From the NCBI GenBank assembly GCA_013336275.1, contig JAAXUA010000001.1:206167-270166 (forward strand): 64,000 nucleotides of DNA, given 5' to 3'. The notes under the pieces are model-generated. The model saw only the letters and a program-made list of their open reading frames with translations, made no database searches and had not been told where the DNA came from. Positions 9,341-18,870 of this stretch are shown here, piece by piece. The translations under genes were made by a program, and so were the position numbers. Source of the stretch: Candidatus Falkowbacteria bacterium (lineage in GTDB: Bacteria; Patescibacteriota; Patescibacteriia; Patescibacteriales; GWE2-39-37). Position 1 is the stretch's first letter. Every line of letters begins with the position of its first letter.

Positions 9341-9865
9341 ATGAAAACTTGGATTTGCGAAATCTGCGGCGATGCCTATATAGGCGACGAGGCGCCGCAC
9401 AATTGTCCTTTTTGCGGTGCCAGGAAAGGTTTCATCAAGCCCGGAAACCAAGCCGATCCAGTTACTGAAAACCGCAGCGAGTTGTCAGAGGAGACCAAAG
9501 GTTTTTTGACCGAAACCCTGCGCCTTGAGGTCCATGCCAACGCCATCTACACTTGCATGGCGAATGCGGCGGATACTTATGAAATCAAGAAGATGTATAA
9601 ACGCCTAGCCAAAGTGGAACTGGAACATGCCACTATCTGTACCAAATTCCTTGGGATAGCTATGCCGGAAATAAAGCCGGAAAACTGTAGCGCTCAGGAT
9701 CTGGAAAATTTCAAGAAGACGATCGAACTGGAAGAGCATGCCGCGGGCCTTTATGCCGAGTTTGCAAAAAAATCCCCAGAGAAGCATATCAAGATCATGT
9801 TTACGGCCCTGAACCAGGTCGAGGCTGACCACATCGTGCTGATCAATAGCTATATTAAGCAATAA
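9341..9865 (+). CDS. rubrerythrin-family protein with an N-terminal rubredoxin-like Cys4 knuckle (reverse domain order)
   Basis: CEICG...CPFCG at the N-terminus, then a ferritin-like four-helix region with E..H pairs (VELEH, LEEH, VEADH). Confidence 0.7.
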   Translation: MKTWICEICGDAYIGDEAPHNCPFCGARKGFIKPGNQADPVTENRSELSEETKGFLTETLRLEVHANAIYTCMANAADTYEIKKMYKRLAKVELEHATICTKFLGIAMPEIKPENCSAQDLENFKKTIELEEHAAGLYAEFAKKSPEKHIKIMFTALNQVEADHIVLINSYIKQ

Positions 9866-9868
9866 CAA

Positions 9869-11881
9869 ATGTTCCGACTATCAGGTTCTGACAATCTGAA
9901 TCTCGCCAAGATTTTCCGTAGCGCTCGCAGCGTTGCCCAGAATTTTCCTCTGGTAAAAAAAGTCCGTCGTCGACGGCATATCTTTGCGGCGCTCAAGATC
10001 ATCTCGCTCTTGGCCTTGGTGACGATCCTGCTCCTGATCATTCTCTTTGCCGCCCATTTCCTCGCCTTCAAGAGCATCCTGGCCAGTTCCTTGTCAGGCA
10101 AGTCATCCTTGGAGCAGGCAGTCGGTATGGCTAAGCAGGGAGACTTCAAATCCGCCCAGGCAGCCGCCAATCAGGCAGCCAGTGATTTTTATTATGCCAC
10201 GAGCAATCTTGAAGATATAAAGACTAGCCTGGTTTTTAATCAGGTCGGCGCGTTGCAATACCAGGTCGGCCAGCTCGGCTATTTGGTCGGTTCGGCGGAG
10301 ATGCTATCAAGGGCGGTCGGACAAGCAGTATCATTCGGTCTTGAGCTGCAGAATCTCTTGGATGGCAATCGCCAGCTGAATTACTCGACTTTCAGTCCGG
10401 ATGAGAAAAAGAAGATTCTCGGCCGGATCCAATATTCCGGGCCTGAATTGACCGGCATGAAAGCCAATCTTGATCTAGCGCTATTGAATCTGGCCAACAT
10501 AACTTACCCTGGCGTCTTGTGGCCACTGAAAGGCAAGATCGATGAGACCAAGAATCTGGTCGGCGAAGCCTCACAGGTCTTAGGCAAGTTGGCGCCTATG
10601 TCCCAGATCATACCGGCGTTGGCTGGCTATCCTAGCACCTCGACTTATCTGGTGCTGTTCCAGAATAGCGACGAATTGAGGCCGACAGGCGGCTTCTTAG
10701 GGACTTATGGCATCCTGCAGATGGAGAGCGGCGACATCTCAAGGTTCGAGACCCACGATATCTACCACATGGATATGCCAGTCAAAGACAAGGTGGATGT
10801 CATTCCGCCGGAACCGATAAGGAAATATCTGAACGCAAAATGGTATATGCGCGACGCTAACTGGTCGCCAGACTGGCCGACCGCCGCACAAAAAATAGAG
10901 TGGTTTTATAATCTGGAAAATCCGCTCTTGCCACCCAAGGACCAGGTCAATAATTTTTCCGGACAATTTGATGGCGTCATAGCGATTACGCCGAAACTGG
11001 TGACCGATCTATTGGCGATCGTCGGCCCGATCGTAATTGATGGCCAAGAATACAACCCGACCAACTTCGTCGACCTTTTAGAGTACCGGGTTGAAAAAGG
11101 CTATGTCCAACTCGGCGTCTCCTCCTGGCAGAGAAAAGAGGTGATAGGCCAGATAATGAAGGAAATGAAGATCCGGCTGATGAACCTGCCATCGGATAAA
11201 TGGCGCACGATATTGATGGTTTTTGATAACAATGTCGCTTCGAAAGATATATTGGTCTACCTGCACGATCAAGTGCTGCAGGGCTTGGCCAAAGAGCAGG
11301 GCTGGACTGGAGAGATCAAGCAGCCGCAAAGCGATTACCTGATGATCGTGGATGCGAACCTGGCCAGTTTGAAAACCGATGCCGTCATGAACCGTAGTGT
11401 CAGCTACGAGGTCAAGGAAGGAACGGACCGGCTGACCTCCCGGCTTATCATAAATTATGCCCACCGTGGCAAGCCGGACTGGAAAACCAGCTATTACCAG
11501 ACCTACACCCGGGTTTACGTGCCCAAAGGCAGCCGTCTGATCAAGATGGAAGGATGCAACAGCAAGCCGGACATTATCGATGAATATAACAAGACGGCCT
11601 TCGGTTGCCAGCTTATCGTTCCATTCAACCAAGTAGCGCCGCTCGTGTTGGAGTATGATCTCCCGAACCACCTGAAGACCGCCCTTGCCAAGAATGGTTA
11701 TGGCTTATTTGTTCAAAAACAGCCAGGCAACCAAGTCTCTGAATTGGCAGTTGACTTAAGCTTCATCAATGGTATAAAATCTTATAGTCCAGTAGGTTTC
11801 TCGGTCAATTTCCTGACTGGCAACCGAATCGGCTGGCTGACCGACCTGACACTCGACCGGCAGTACTCAGTCTCGTTTTAG
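9869..11881 (+). CDS. DUF4012 domain membrane-anchored protein
   Basis: 670 aa. N-terminal TM, then NSDELRPTGGFLGTYG and W.MRDANWSPDWP motifs typical of DUF4012. A paralog lies at 27387. Confidence 0.75.
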   Translation: MFRLSGSDNLNLAKIFRSARSVAQNFPLVKKVRRRRHIFAALKIISLLALVTILLLIILFAAHFLAFKSILASSLSGKSSLEQAVGMAKQGDFKSAQAAANQAASDFYYATSNLEDIKTSLVFNQVGALQYQVGQLGYLVGSAEMLSRAVGQAVSFGLELQNLLDGNRQLNYSTFSPDEKKKILGRIQYSGPELTGMKANLDLALLNLANITYPGVLWPLKGKIDETKNLVGEASQVLGKLAPMSQIIPALAGYPSTSTYLVLFQNSDELRPTGGFLGTYGILQMESGDISRFETHDIYHMDMPVKDKVDVIPPEPIRKYLNAKWYMRDANWSPDWPTAAQKIEWFYNLENPLLPPKDQVNNFSGQFDGVIAITPKLVTDLLAIVGPIVIDGQEYNPTNFVDLLEYRVEKGYVQLGVSSWQRKEVIGQIMKEMKIRLMNLPSDKWRTILMVFDNNVASKDILVYLHDQVLQGLAKEQGWTGEIKQPQSDYLMIVDANLASLKTDAVMNRSVSYEVKEGTDRLTSRLIINYAHRGKPDWKTSYYQTYTRVYVPKGSRLIKMEGCNSKPDIIDEYNKTAFGCQLIVPFNQVAPLVLEYDLPNHLKTALAKNGYGLFVQKQPGNQVSELAVDLSFINGIKSYSPVGFSVNFLTGNRIGWLTDLTLDRQYSVSF

Positions 11882-11945
11882 CGCCAATAATTGCCAATAA
11901 TATTAGCGTTTTTAGCTGGTTATTGGCAATTTTTAATAATACCGC

Positions 11946-12953
11946 ATGTTTATCAAAAGAATCGGCATCGATCTAGGCACAACCTATACTTTGGTCCATC
12001 TGCCAAAACGGGGGATTGTCATCAACGAACCGAGCGTGGTTGCGATTTCAGTTACGGACAAGAAGATTCTGGCCGTCGGCAACGAGGCCAAGGACATGCT
12101 TGGGCGCACTCCTGACACCATTATCGCCTTAAAACCCCTGAAGGACGGCGTTATCGCTGATTACCGGGCCACTGAGGCTATGCTTAGATATTTCATCAAC
12201 AAGTCCCTGGGCGGCATCCGCCTATTTCGTCCTGAAGTCATGGTCGCCGTGCCTGCTGGCATTTCCTCGACCGAACGCCGTGCCGTCATTGACGCCACCA
12301 TCGCAGCTGGAGCCAAGGCAGCCTATATCATCAAGGAGCCGGTCGCGGCCGCTATCGGCGCTGACATACCGATCGGCTCGGCGTCGGGCCACATGATCAT
12401 CGATATCGGCGGCGGTACTGCTGAAATGGCTGTCATCTCCTTGGGCGGTATCGTGGCCTCGACTTCGGTCAGGGTCGGAGGCACCCGTTTCGATAGCGCC
12501 ATCATCGACTACATCAGACGCAAATACAATCTCTCGATCGGCGAGCGCACAGCCGAAGAGATCAAAATCAATATCGGCTCAGCTTTATATCTTGAAAACA
12601 AGCTAACCATGGAAATCCGCGGACGCGATATCGTGACCGGGCTGCCACGGAGCATTATCGTCACCTCGAACGATGTGACCGAGGCGTTGCAGAACGAGTT
12701 GGAAGCGATCATCAATGCTGTCAAAAAAGTCCTGCACGAGACCCCTCCGGAACTTTCCTCGGACATTATGGACAAGGGCATGGTCCTGTCCGGCGGCAGC
12801 TCGCTTCTGCGCAATATCGACCAGCTCCTGTCTCGCGCCACTGGCGTTCCGGCCTACATCGCCAATGACGCCCTCCTTTGCGTCGCGAAGGGAACCGGCA
12901 TCGCTTTGGAAAATCTTGATTCATATAAGCGCAGCATCCTCGCAACCAAATAA
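11946..12953 (+). CDS. mreB: rod-shape-determining actin homolog MreB
   Basis: IGIDLGTTYTLV, IKEPVAAAIGA, IIDIGGGTAE, VLSGGSSLLRNID. Confidence 0.95.
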   Translation: MFIKRIGIDLGTTYTLVHLPKRGIVINEPSVVAISVTDKKILAVGNEAKDMLGRTPDTIIALKPLKDGVIADYRATEAMLRYFINKSLGGIRLFRPEVMVAVPAGISSTERRAVIDATIAAGAKAAYIIKEPVAAAIGADIPIGSASGHMIIDIGGGTAEMAVISLGGIVASTSVRVGGTRFDSAIIDYIRRKYNLSIGERTAEEIKINIGSALYLENKLTMEIRGRDIVTGLPRSIIVTSNDVTEALQNELEAIINAVKKVLHETPPELSSDIMDKGMVLSGGSSLLRNIDQLLSRATGVPAYIANDALLCVAKGTGIALENLDSYKRSILATK

Positions 12954-12954
12954 T

Positions 12955-14241
12955 ATGATTATCGGCATCGATGCCAGCCGGGCTAATCGCAAGCACAAGA
13001 CCGGCACTGAGTGGTACGCCTTCTACCTGATCAAGGAGCTGGCGAAGCTTGATGCGTCCAATCAGTACATACTTTATTCCGAGCAGCCGATTTCGAACGA
13101 CTTGAATGACCTGACCGACAACCCATCGGGCGGTCCTATTTCCTACGACCAGGACGGTTTTCAAGTCATCAAGAGTCCCCACGGCAACTTCAAGGCCAAA
13201 GTGCTTGATTGGCCGGTCCGACATCTGTGGACCCATCTCCGACTGTCCTGGGAAATGATTTGGCATCGCCCCGATGTGCTTTTCGTGCCTTCGCACGTCC
13301 TGCCGCTGATCCACCCCAGGCGCTCAGTCGTAACCATCCATGATGTCGGTTTCGAGCGCGACAAAAGCCTTTACCCGAAGCTCGATCTCGGCCCGAACAG
13401 CAAGCTGCAGAAACGAATCCTTAACGTGCTTGTCAGACTCTTCACTTTCGGACGTTTCGGCGCCAACGTCCAAGACTATCTGACTTGGTCAACCTTATTT
13501 TCCTTGCGCAAGGCCGAAAAGATCATCACCGTTTCCGAATTTTCAAAGCAGGAAATATTCGAAGTCTACAAAGACGAGCTGACCCCTGCGGTCTTGGGCA
13601 AGATCATCGCCATCCATAACGGGTATAACCAGGAATGCTACAGGCCGGTCACTAACCATGATAAGGTGACAGCTACTTTGGAAAAGTACGATATCGAACC
13701 CCCATATATCTTTTACCTGGGCCGTCTGGAGCGCAAAAAGAATACCCCCGCCTTAGTAGAAGCCTTCGGTATGATTAGCAAGCAATTTCCTGAGTACAAG
13801 CTAGTGCTGACCGGCCGGGCCAGCTTCGGCTATGACGAAGTCGAGTTCATGATCAGCCAGTACAAGCTCGACCATAAGGTCATCTGTACCGGCTGGGTCG
13901 ATGAAGCCGACCTGCCTTATATCTACGGCGGTGCAGACATATTCGCTTTCCCATCGCACTATGAGGGCTTCGGCATTCCTTTGGTCGAAGCCATGGCCTG
14001 CGGCGTGCCTGTTGCGGCATCCGACGTCGCTCCGATAACCGAGGTGGTTGACGGCGCAGCAATCCTTTTCAATCCTGAAAGCCCGGCTTCCATCAAAGAC
14101 GCCTTAGTCAAGCTCATCTCCGACAAGGAACTGCGAAACCGCCTTAGCGCACTGGGGTTAGCTAGGGCTAAGCAATTCGGCTGGAAGATAACCGCCGAAA
14201 AGACACTGGCCGTCCTAGACCCCAATTTCAAATTATCGTAA
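12955..14241 (+). CDS. glycosyltransferase family 4 (GT-B)
   Basis: Start moved to ATG 12955 (MIIGIDASRA...) because the track ORF from 12715 overlaps mreB. C-terminal EGFGIPLVEAMACGVPV motif. Confidence 0.85.
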   Translation: MIIGIDASRANRKHKTGTEWYAFYLIKELAKLDASNQYILYSEQPISNDLNDLTDNPSGGPISYDQDGFQVIKSPHGNFKAKVLDWPVRHLWTHLRLSWEMIWHRPDVLFVPSHVLPLIHPRRSVVTIHDVGFERDKSLYPKLDLGPNSKLQKRILNVLVRLFTFGRFGANVQDYLTWSTLFSLRKAEKIITVSEFSKQEIFEVYKDELTPAVLGKIIAIHNGYNQECYRPVTNHDKVTATLEKYDIEPPYIFYLGRLERKKNTPALVEAFGMISKQFPEYKLVLTGRASFGYDEVEFMISQYKLDHKVICTGWVDEADLPYIYGGADIFAFPSHYEGFGIPLVEAMACGVPVAASDVAPITEVVDGAAILFNPESPASIKDALVKLISDKELRNRLSALGLARAKQFGWKITAEKTLAVLDPNFKLS

Positions 14242-14340
14242 TTTCATGTTATAATATTTCTGTTTTTACCTATTTCAGACAACCATATAACCCTCAAATA
14301 CCCAAACATCATATTATCATTACTGAGCCGACGTAAATCG

Positions 14341-16383
14341 TTGGCTCTGGTTTTTATGCTGTCAGCCCTAGCCTTGTCAGGGCACGATTCGATCGCTAGC
14401 CCTAGCATCCCGGCAAGCCTTTTGGTCAAGTATCGAGGGGAAGACGCCATAAAAGAGGTTCGAGTGCCGGATCAGTCCCATTCCGATGAATTTATCATGG
14501 TCCTCAAACAAGATCCGAACATCGAGTGGGCCGAACCGGACTATTCGTTCCATTCCGCCATTATCCCCTCAGACACCCATTATAGCCAGCAGTGGTACTT
14601 GCAAAAAATCAAGGCCCCTTCGGCTTGGGACATCACGCAGTCTACCAAGAACATCGTCACCGCAGTCATTGATACCGGCGTTGACATCACGCACCCCGAC
14701 TTGAAGAATAACATCTGGATCAATCAGGATGAGATTCCGGGAAACAGGAAGGACGATGACAATAACGGCTTCATCGATGATATCAATGGCTGGGATTTTG
14801 TCGGCCGCAATGCCGACCCTATGCCGAAATTCGAAGAGGGGTTCACCTCCGACGTCCTTCATGGCACGATCATCTCCGGATTGATCGCTGCCGAAGGCAA
14901 TAACGCAGCCGGTGTTTCCGGAGTTACTTGGAATGCCAGGATCATGCCGTTGCGGGTTCTCAACGACAAGGGTGAGGGGACCGCTGGCAATGTCATCCGA
15001 GCTATCGATTATGCTATAAACAATGGAGCTCACGTAATAAATCTGAGCTTCATCGGCTTCAACTACAGCCAGGGAATGGATGAAGCGATCAGGCGTGCAT
15101 ACGAAGCAGGCGTAATCGTGGTAGCCGCGGCTGGCAACGAAGCTGGCGACCAGACCAAGGACACCGACCTTAACAAGACACCGATGTATCCGGTCTGTCT
15201 TGATGGCCGTCCGGGTGAGAATCGGGTCATTGGCGTAGCGGCGACAGATGCAATGGACCAGAAGACCTATTTTTCAGGTTATGGCTCGCGCTGCGTTGAT
15301 ATCACCGGTCCTGGTGTCAGTATCTTTAATCTCTCAGTCTACGCTCCGGACAAGACCTTGGATAATCAGCCTCTGAACAAATACTATGACGGTTACTGGT
15401 CAGGCACCTCTGTGGCCGCTCCGCAAGTGAGCGGCGTCCTCGCCTTGATCATGTCGACCAACCCAGGACTCGACCGCAAGGCAACGGTTGATGTCCTGCT
15501 GTCTAGCGCAACCAACATCACCCGTCTCAACCCGCTTTACCCCAATCAGCTCGGAAGCGGACGTGTCAGCGCAGCGGGCGCGGTTGAGCTCGCCAAAGAC
15601 AGGCTGACGGAAAACAAATTCGATCTCATAGTCAACCAAAGTAGCGGCACCTCGACCGTGCTCAATATCATCAATCCAGCCAGGTCCTACAACAAGGAAA
15701 TCGTGCTCGGCGCGGAATTGGCTGGAGGCGTCAATGTGGCGTCAGGCGATGTCGACGGTGACGGACGTGCCGAGATTATCGTCGGAGCCGGACCAGGCGG
15801 CGGCCCCCACGTCAAGATACTCGACCAAACAGGCAGGCTCAAGGGCCAATTCATGGCTTACAATACTAGCTTCAGAGGAGGCGTCAATGTGGCGTCAGGC
15901 GATGTCGACGGTGACGGACGTGCCGAGATCATCGTCGGAGCCGGACCAGGCGGTGGCCCCCACGTCAAGATCATCAATGGCCGCGGCCAGCTCAAAGGCC
16001 AATTCATGGCGTATAAAACTTCTTTTCGCGGAGGCGTCAATGTGGCCGTGGCCGACGTTGACGGCGGCACCATCAATCGGCGCTCTGAAATCGTAACCAG
16101 TCCCGGCGCCGGCATGCCCGCTGAAATCAGGATCTTTACCGACCACGCCAAACTGCTGAGCAAATTCTCTCCGTTCGCCGTAAATTTCGACAAAGGAGTC
16201 AACCTAACCAGCGCCGACACCAATCAGGATGGCCTGGCGGAGATCATCGTCGGAGCCGGACCAGGCGGCGGCCCCCACGTCAGGGTCTTCACTTCAGCCG
16301 GCAAGCTGGTAGACTCATTCTATGCTTATCCGAGCGAAATCAAGACCGGCGTCAGGATAACCTCCATCAAGTCCCAAAGGTAG
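14341..16383 (+). CDS. secreted S8 (subtilisin-like) serine peptidase fused to FG-GAP/VCBS-like propeller repeats
   Basis: Catalytic triad contexts VIDTGVD, HGTIISG and GTSVAAPQVSG. Four C-terminal repeats of GGVNVASGDVDGDGRAEIIVGAGPGGGPHVKI. Alternative start at ATG 14356. Confidence 0.88.
   Translation: MALVFMLSALALSGHDSIASPSIPASLLVKYRGEDAIKEVRVPDQSHSDEFIMVLKQDPNIEWAEPDYSFHSAIIPSDTHYSQQWYLQKIKAPSAWDITQSTKNIVTAVIDTGVDITHPDLKNNIWINQDEIPGNRKDDDNNGFIDDINGWDFVGRNADPMPKFEEGFTSDVLHGTIISGLIAAEGNNAAGVSGVTWNARIMPLRVLNDKGEGTAGNVIRAIDYAINNGAHVINLSFIGFNYSQGMDEAIRRAYEAGVIVVAAAGNEAGDQTKDTDLNKTPMYPVCLDGRPGENRVIGVAATDAMDQKTYFSGYGSRCVDITGPGVSIFNLSVYAPDKTLDNQPLNKYYDGYWSGTSVAAPQVSGVLALIMSTNPGLDRKATVDVLLSSATNITRLNPLYPNQLGSGRVSAAGAVELAKDRLTENKFDLIVNQSSGTSTVLNIINPARSYNKEIVLGAELAGGVNVASGDVDGDGRAEIIVGAGPGGGPHVKILDQTGRLKGQFMAYNTSFRGGVNVASGDVDGDGRAEIIVGAGPGGGPHVKIINGRGQLKGQFMAYKTSFRGGVNVAVADVDGGTINRRSEIVTSPGAGMPAEIRIFTDHAKLLSKFSPFAVNFDKGVNLTSADTNQDGLAEIIVGAGPGGGPHVRVFTSAGKLVDSFYAYPSEIKTGVRITSIKSQR
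15724..16350 (+). repeat. intragenic tandem repeats (153-nt period, 4 units)
   Basis: Units start at 15724, 15877, 16030 and about 16195. Units 1 and 2 are near-identical at the nucleotide level. The string atcgtcggagccggaccaggcgg[c/t]ggcccccacgtca occurs three times. Confidence 0.9.
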
Positions 16384-16434
16384 CCTCTTTCCCTAAAAAT
16401 TGCTAAAATAAAAACGTAATCATCAAAAAAACAT

Positions 16435-17451
16435 ATGGCAACGCAATCAATTTTCGAAAAGAAGAATATCCTGGTTATCGGCGGTGCCGGCTTTATCGGT
16501 TCCCATCTTTGCGATGAGCTGGTCAAGCATGCGAAGGTCATCTGTATCGATAACTTTTCAACCGGAGAAGAGAAAAACATCGACCACCTGCTGTCTGATC
16601 CGAATTTCAAATTCATCCGCCACGACATCTCTGAAAAAATCAATCTCGAGGCATTGCCAGAATTGGAGAACTTCAAGGTACCGTTCCAGGGCATACAGGA
16701 GATTTATAACCTGGCTTGCCCGACCTCGCCAAAGCATTTCGAAAACCTCCGGATCAGCAACCTGATGGCCAACTCCGTCGGAGTCATGAATTCTCTGGAT
16801 CTAGCCGTCAAATATCACGCCAAGTTCATGCACTTCTCGTCATCGGTCATCTATGGCGCACGTACGGCAGAGAATAGTAAGATCAAGGAAGACGTGCTCG
16901 GCTCAGTCGACATCCTTTCGCCGCGCGCTTGCTATGATGAGGGCAAGCGTTTCGCCGAGACCATCGTCAATACTTACCATGAAGTTTATCAGATCGAGAC
17001 CAAGATCATCCGCTTGTTCAGGACCTACGGTCCGAGAATGAAGCTCGATGATGACCAGATGATTCCAGACTTCGTTAGCGACGCTTTGGATAATAAGGAT
17101 ATCGTGATTTATGGCGATGAGAAATTCAGCTCCTCTTTCTGCTACATCTCCGACGCGATCGATGCTTCATTGAAGTTTATGGAAAAGGACGGCGGCGGCG
17201 TTATCAACATCGGCTCTGACACTTTGGTAACCCTCTCGAATCTGGCGCAGAAAGTGATCGACATGGTCGGCGCCAAATCAAAAATCATCTATCAGCCGGA
17301 AATCTTGTTCATGAGCCAGCTGCCAGTACCGGATATCAGCAAGGCGTTGAATGAGCTTGGCTGGCTGCCGATCATCACTTTGGAAAAAGGACTGGAAAAG
17401 ACTATATATGAATTGCGAGCGAGCAAGGGACTGGTTCGGATTCCACATTGA
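16435..17451 (+). CDS. UDP-glucuronate decarboxylase-like NAD-dependent epimerase/dehydratase (UDP-xylose synthase type)
   Basis: VIGGAGFIGSHLCDEL Rossmann motif, ICIDNFSTG, and a YDEGKR catalytic Y-x3-K context. Confidence 0.82.
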   Translation: MATQSIFEKKNILVIGGAGFIGSHLCDELVKHAKVICIDNFSTGEEKNIDHLLSDPNFKFIRHDISEKINLEALPELENFKVPFQGIQEIYNLACPTSPKHFENLRISNLMANSVGVMNSLDLAVKYHAKFMHFSSSVIYGARTAENSKIKEDVLGSVDILSPRACYDEGKRFAETIVNTYHEVYQIETKIIRLFRTYGPRMKLDDDQMIPDFVSDALDNKDIVIYGDEKFSSSFCYISDAIDASLKFMEKDGGGVINIGSDTLVTLSNLAQKVIDMVGAKSKIIYQPEILFMSQLPVPDISKALNELGWLPIITLEKGLEKTIYELRASKGLVRIPH

Positions 17452-17453
17452 AG

Positions 17454-18122
17454 ATGCCTTTGAGAATATTTTGCGTAATACCTGCACTTAACGAAAAGAA
17501 TAACATCCAGGACGTTGTCCGTGGTGTTGTTCCGTGCGTTGATTCGGTTATCGTAGTCGATGACGGCTCACAGGATGATACCGCCGGATTGGCTGAACAG
17601 GCTGGCGCAACCGTCCTGCGGCACGCGGTCAATCGGGGGCAGGGCGCGGCTTTGCGCACCGGCACCGAATACGCATTCGGCCAAGGCGCAGACATCGTCG
17701 TCCATTTCGACGCCGATGGGCAATTTCTCACCAAGGACATCGCTGTCGTTACCGGACCGATTGTCGACGGGCAAGCCGCCATCGTGTTCGGCTCCCGCTT
17801 TCTCGACAATACCACCAAGATGCCGTTAATAAAGAGGCGGGTAATCATGCCCTTGGCCAGGATAATCAACAAGCTCTTTCTTGGAGTCGAGCTGACCGAC
17901 CCGCAAAGCGGCTTCCGTGCCTTTTCGCGTGATGCTTTCAAGCGCTTGGCTTGGCAGCAGGACGGCATGGCCCACGCCTCGGAAATCTTGGCCTTGAGCG
18001 CCCATTCAGGCTTGGCGGTGAAAGAAGTGCCGATAACCGTCATTTATCACCAGTACGGACAGAAATTTTCCGGAGGGATGAAAATACTTAAAGATTTATT
18101 TTTTGGCAAATTAATCAGATAA
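17454..18122 (+). CDS. glycosyltransferase family 2 (polyprenyl-phosphate sugar transferase-like)
   Basis: VIPALNEKNNI...VVDDGSQDDT...DADGQ. I prefer ATG 17454 to TTG 17448, which overlaps the upstream stop. Confidence 0.85.
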   Translation: MPLRIFCVIPALNEKNNIQDVVRGVVPCVDSVIVVDDGSQDDTAGLAEQAGATVLRHAVNRGQGAALRTGTEYAFGQGADIVVHFDADGQFLTKDIAVVTGPIVDGQAAIVFGSRFLDNTTKMPLIKRRVIMPLARIINKLFLGVELTDPQSGFRAFSRDAFKRLAWQQDGMAHASEILALSAHSGLAVKEVPITVIYHQYGQKFSGGMKILKDLFFGKLIR

Positions 18123-18123
18123 C

Positions 18124-18453
18124 ATGACCCAACAGCTCATCGCATTAGCGATCATTTTATTCTTCATTACACGCCTCTTCGGGCAGCGGCGGCGTCAGCG
18201 ATTAGCGCCAGGCGAGTTCTGGTTCTGGCTGGCTTTCTGGCTTTTGGCTGCCGTACTGATACTCGGCCTTAAATGGATCGATCGCTTAGTCGCTGGCATC
18301 GGCTTTTCCGGGAGCGGAATCGAAGTGCTGCTCTACTTGGCCGTAACGGTCTTATTTTATTTCATTTTCCGCCTGCGCTTGCGCCTGGCCAAGGCCGAAC
18401 GCGACATTACGGAGATGGTGAAGCAGGTCGCATTAATCAATAAACAAAAATAG
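18124..18453 (+). CDS. DUF2304-like small membrane protein
   Basis: 109 aa with 3 TM helices, directly after the GT2 gene. This is the usual DUF2304 context. Confidence 0.55.
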   Translation: MTQQLIALAIILFFITRLFGQRRRQRLAPGEFWFWLAFWLLAAVLILGLKWIDRLVAGIGFSGSGIEVLLYLAVTVLFYFIFRLRLRLAKAERDITEMVKQVALINKQK

Positions 18454-18455
18454 CT

Positions 18456-18869
18456 ATGAACGCGAAGGACATGGTGCTCGATTTCATTTACTATACGGTC
18501 GTCCTGATCATCATCCTGGGCGCGCTTTTCCTGTTCTTGAATCCTAATTATTTCAAAGCCTTCTCGACCTTTATCAAAGCGATGGCTCCGGTCTTCTTTT
18601 TTGCCGGCTTTCTGATGATGAAGCTGCGTTGGATGCGAAAGGAATACAAGAAAAAGAAAGAAGAGGGTAGTACCGAGGTCCTGTTGCGCCTGAGCTATTT
18701 TGATAAGTTCACCACCGAGGTCCTAACTTTTCTTCTGCCGATGTCGATCAGCGTCATTGTCATGCTATCGGGCAGGGAATATACGGCCATCGACTTCATC
18801 CAAGCCGGACTGGCTTTCGTGATCTTATATCTCTGGAACAAGACCTTATTCAGCCATCGCGTCGATTAA
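18456..18869 (+). CDS. hypothetical membrane protein (137 aa, about 4 TM)
   Basis: Hydrophobic ORF packed into the operon, 2-nt gaps on both sides. Confidence 0.5.
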   Translation: MNAKDMVLDFIYYTVVLIIILGALFLFLNPNYFKAFSTFIKAMAPVFFFAGFLMMKLRWMRKEYKKKKEEGSTEVLLRLSYFDKFTTEVLTFLLPMSISVIVMLSGREYTAIDFIQAGLAFVILYLWNKTLFSHRVD

Positions 18870-18870
18870 T

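Noticed and set aside
12715-12954. N-terminal extensions proposed by the ORF track: GT4 from 12715, tgt from 32477, DUF192 from 51459, uL13 from 43083 and the membrane protein from 23154.
   Set aside because: The extensions overlap the preceding or divergent gene by 60-240 nt and encode Arg/Pro/Ser-rich sequence. In each case an internal ATG right after the upstream stop yields the canonical family N-terminus.
15724-16350. Regularly spaced direct repeats (153-nt period in the S8 gene, 99-nt period at 58909-59061), considered as possible CRISPR-like arrays.
   Set aside because: Both sit inside continuous ORFs and encode protein repeats. The intervening sequence is itself homologous between units, and there are no cas genes.
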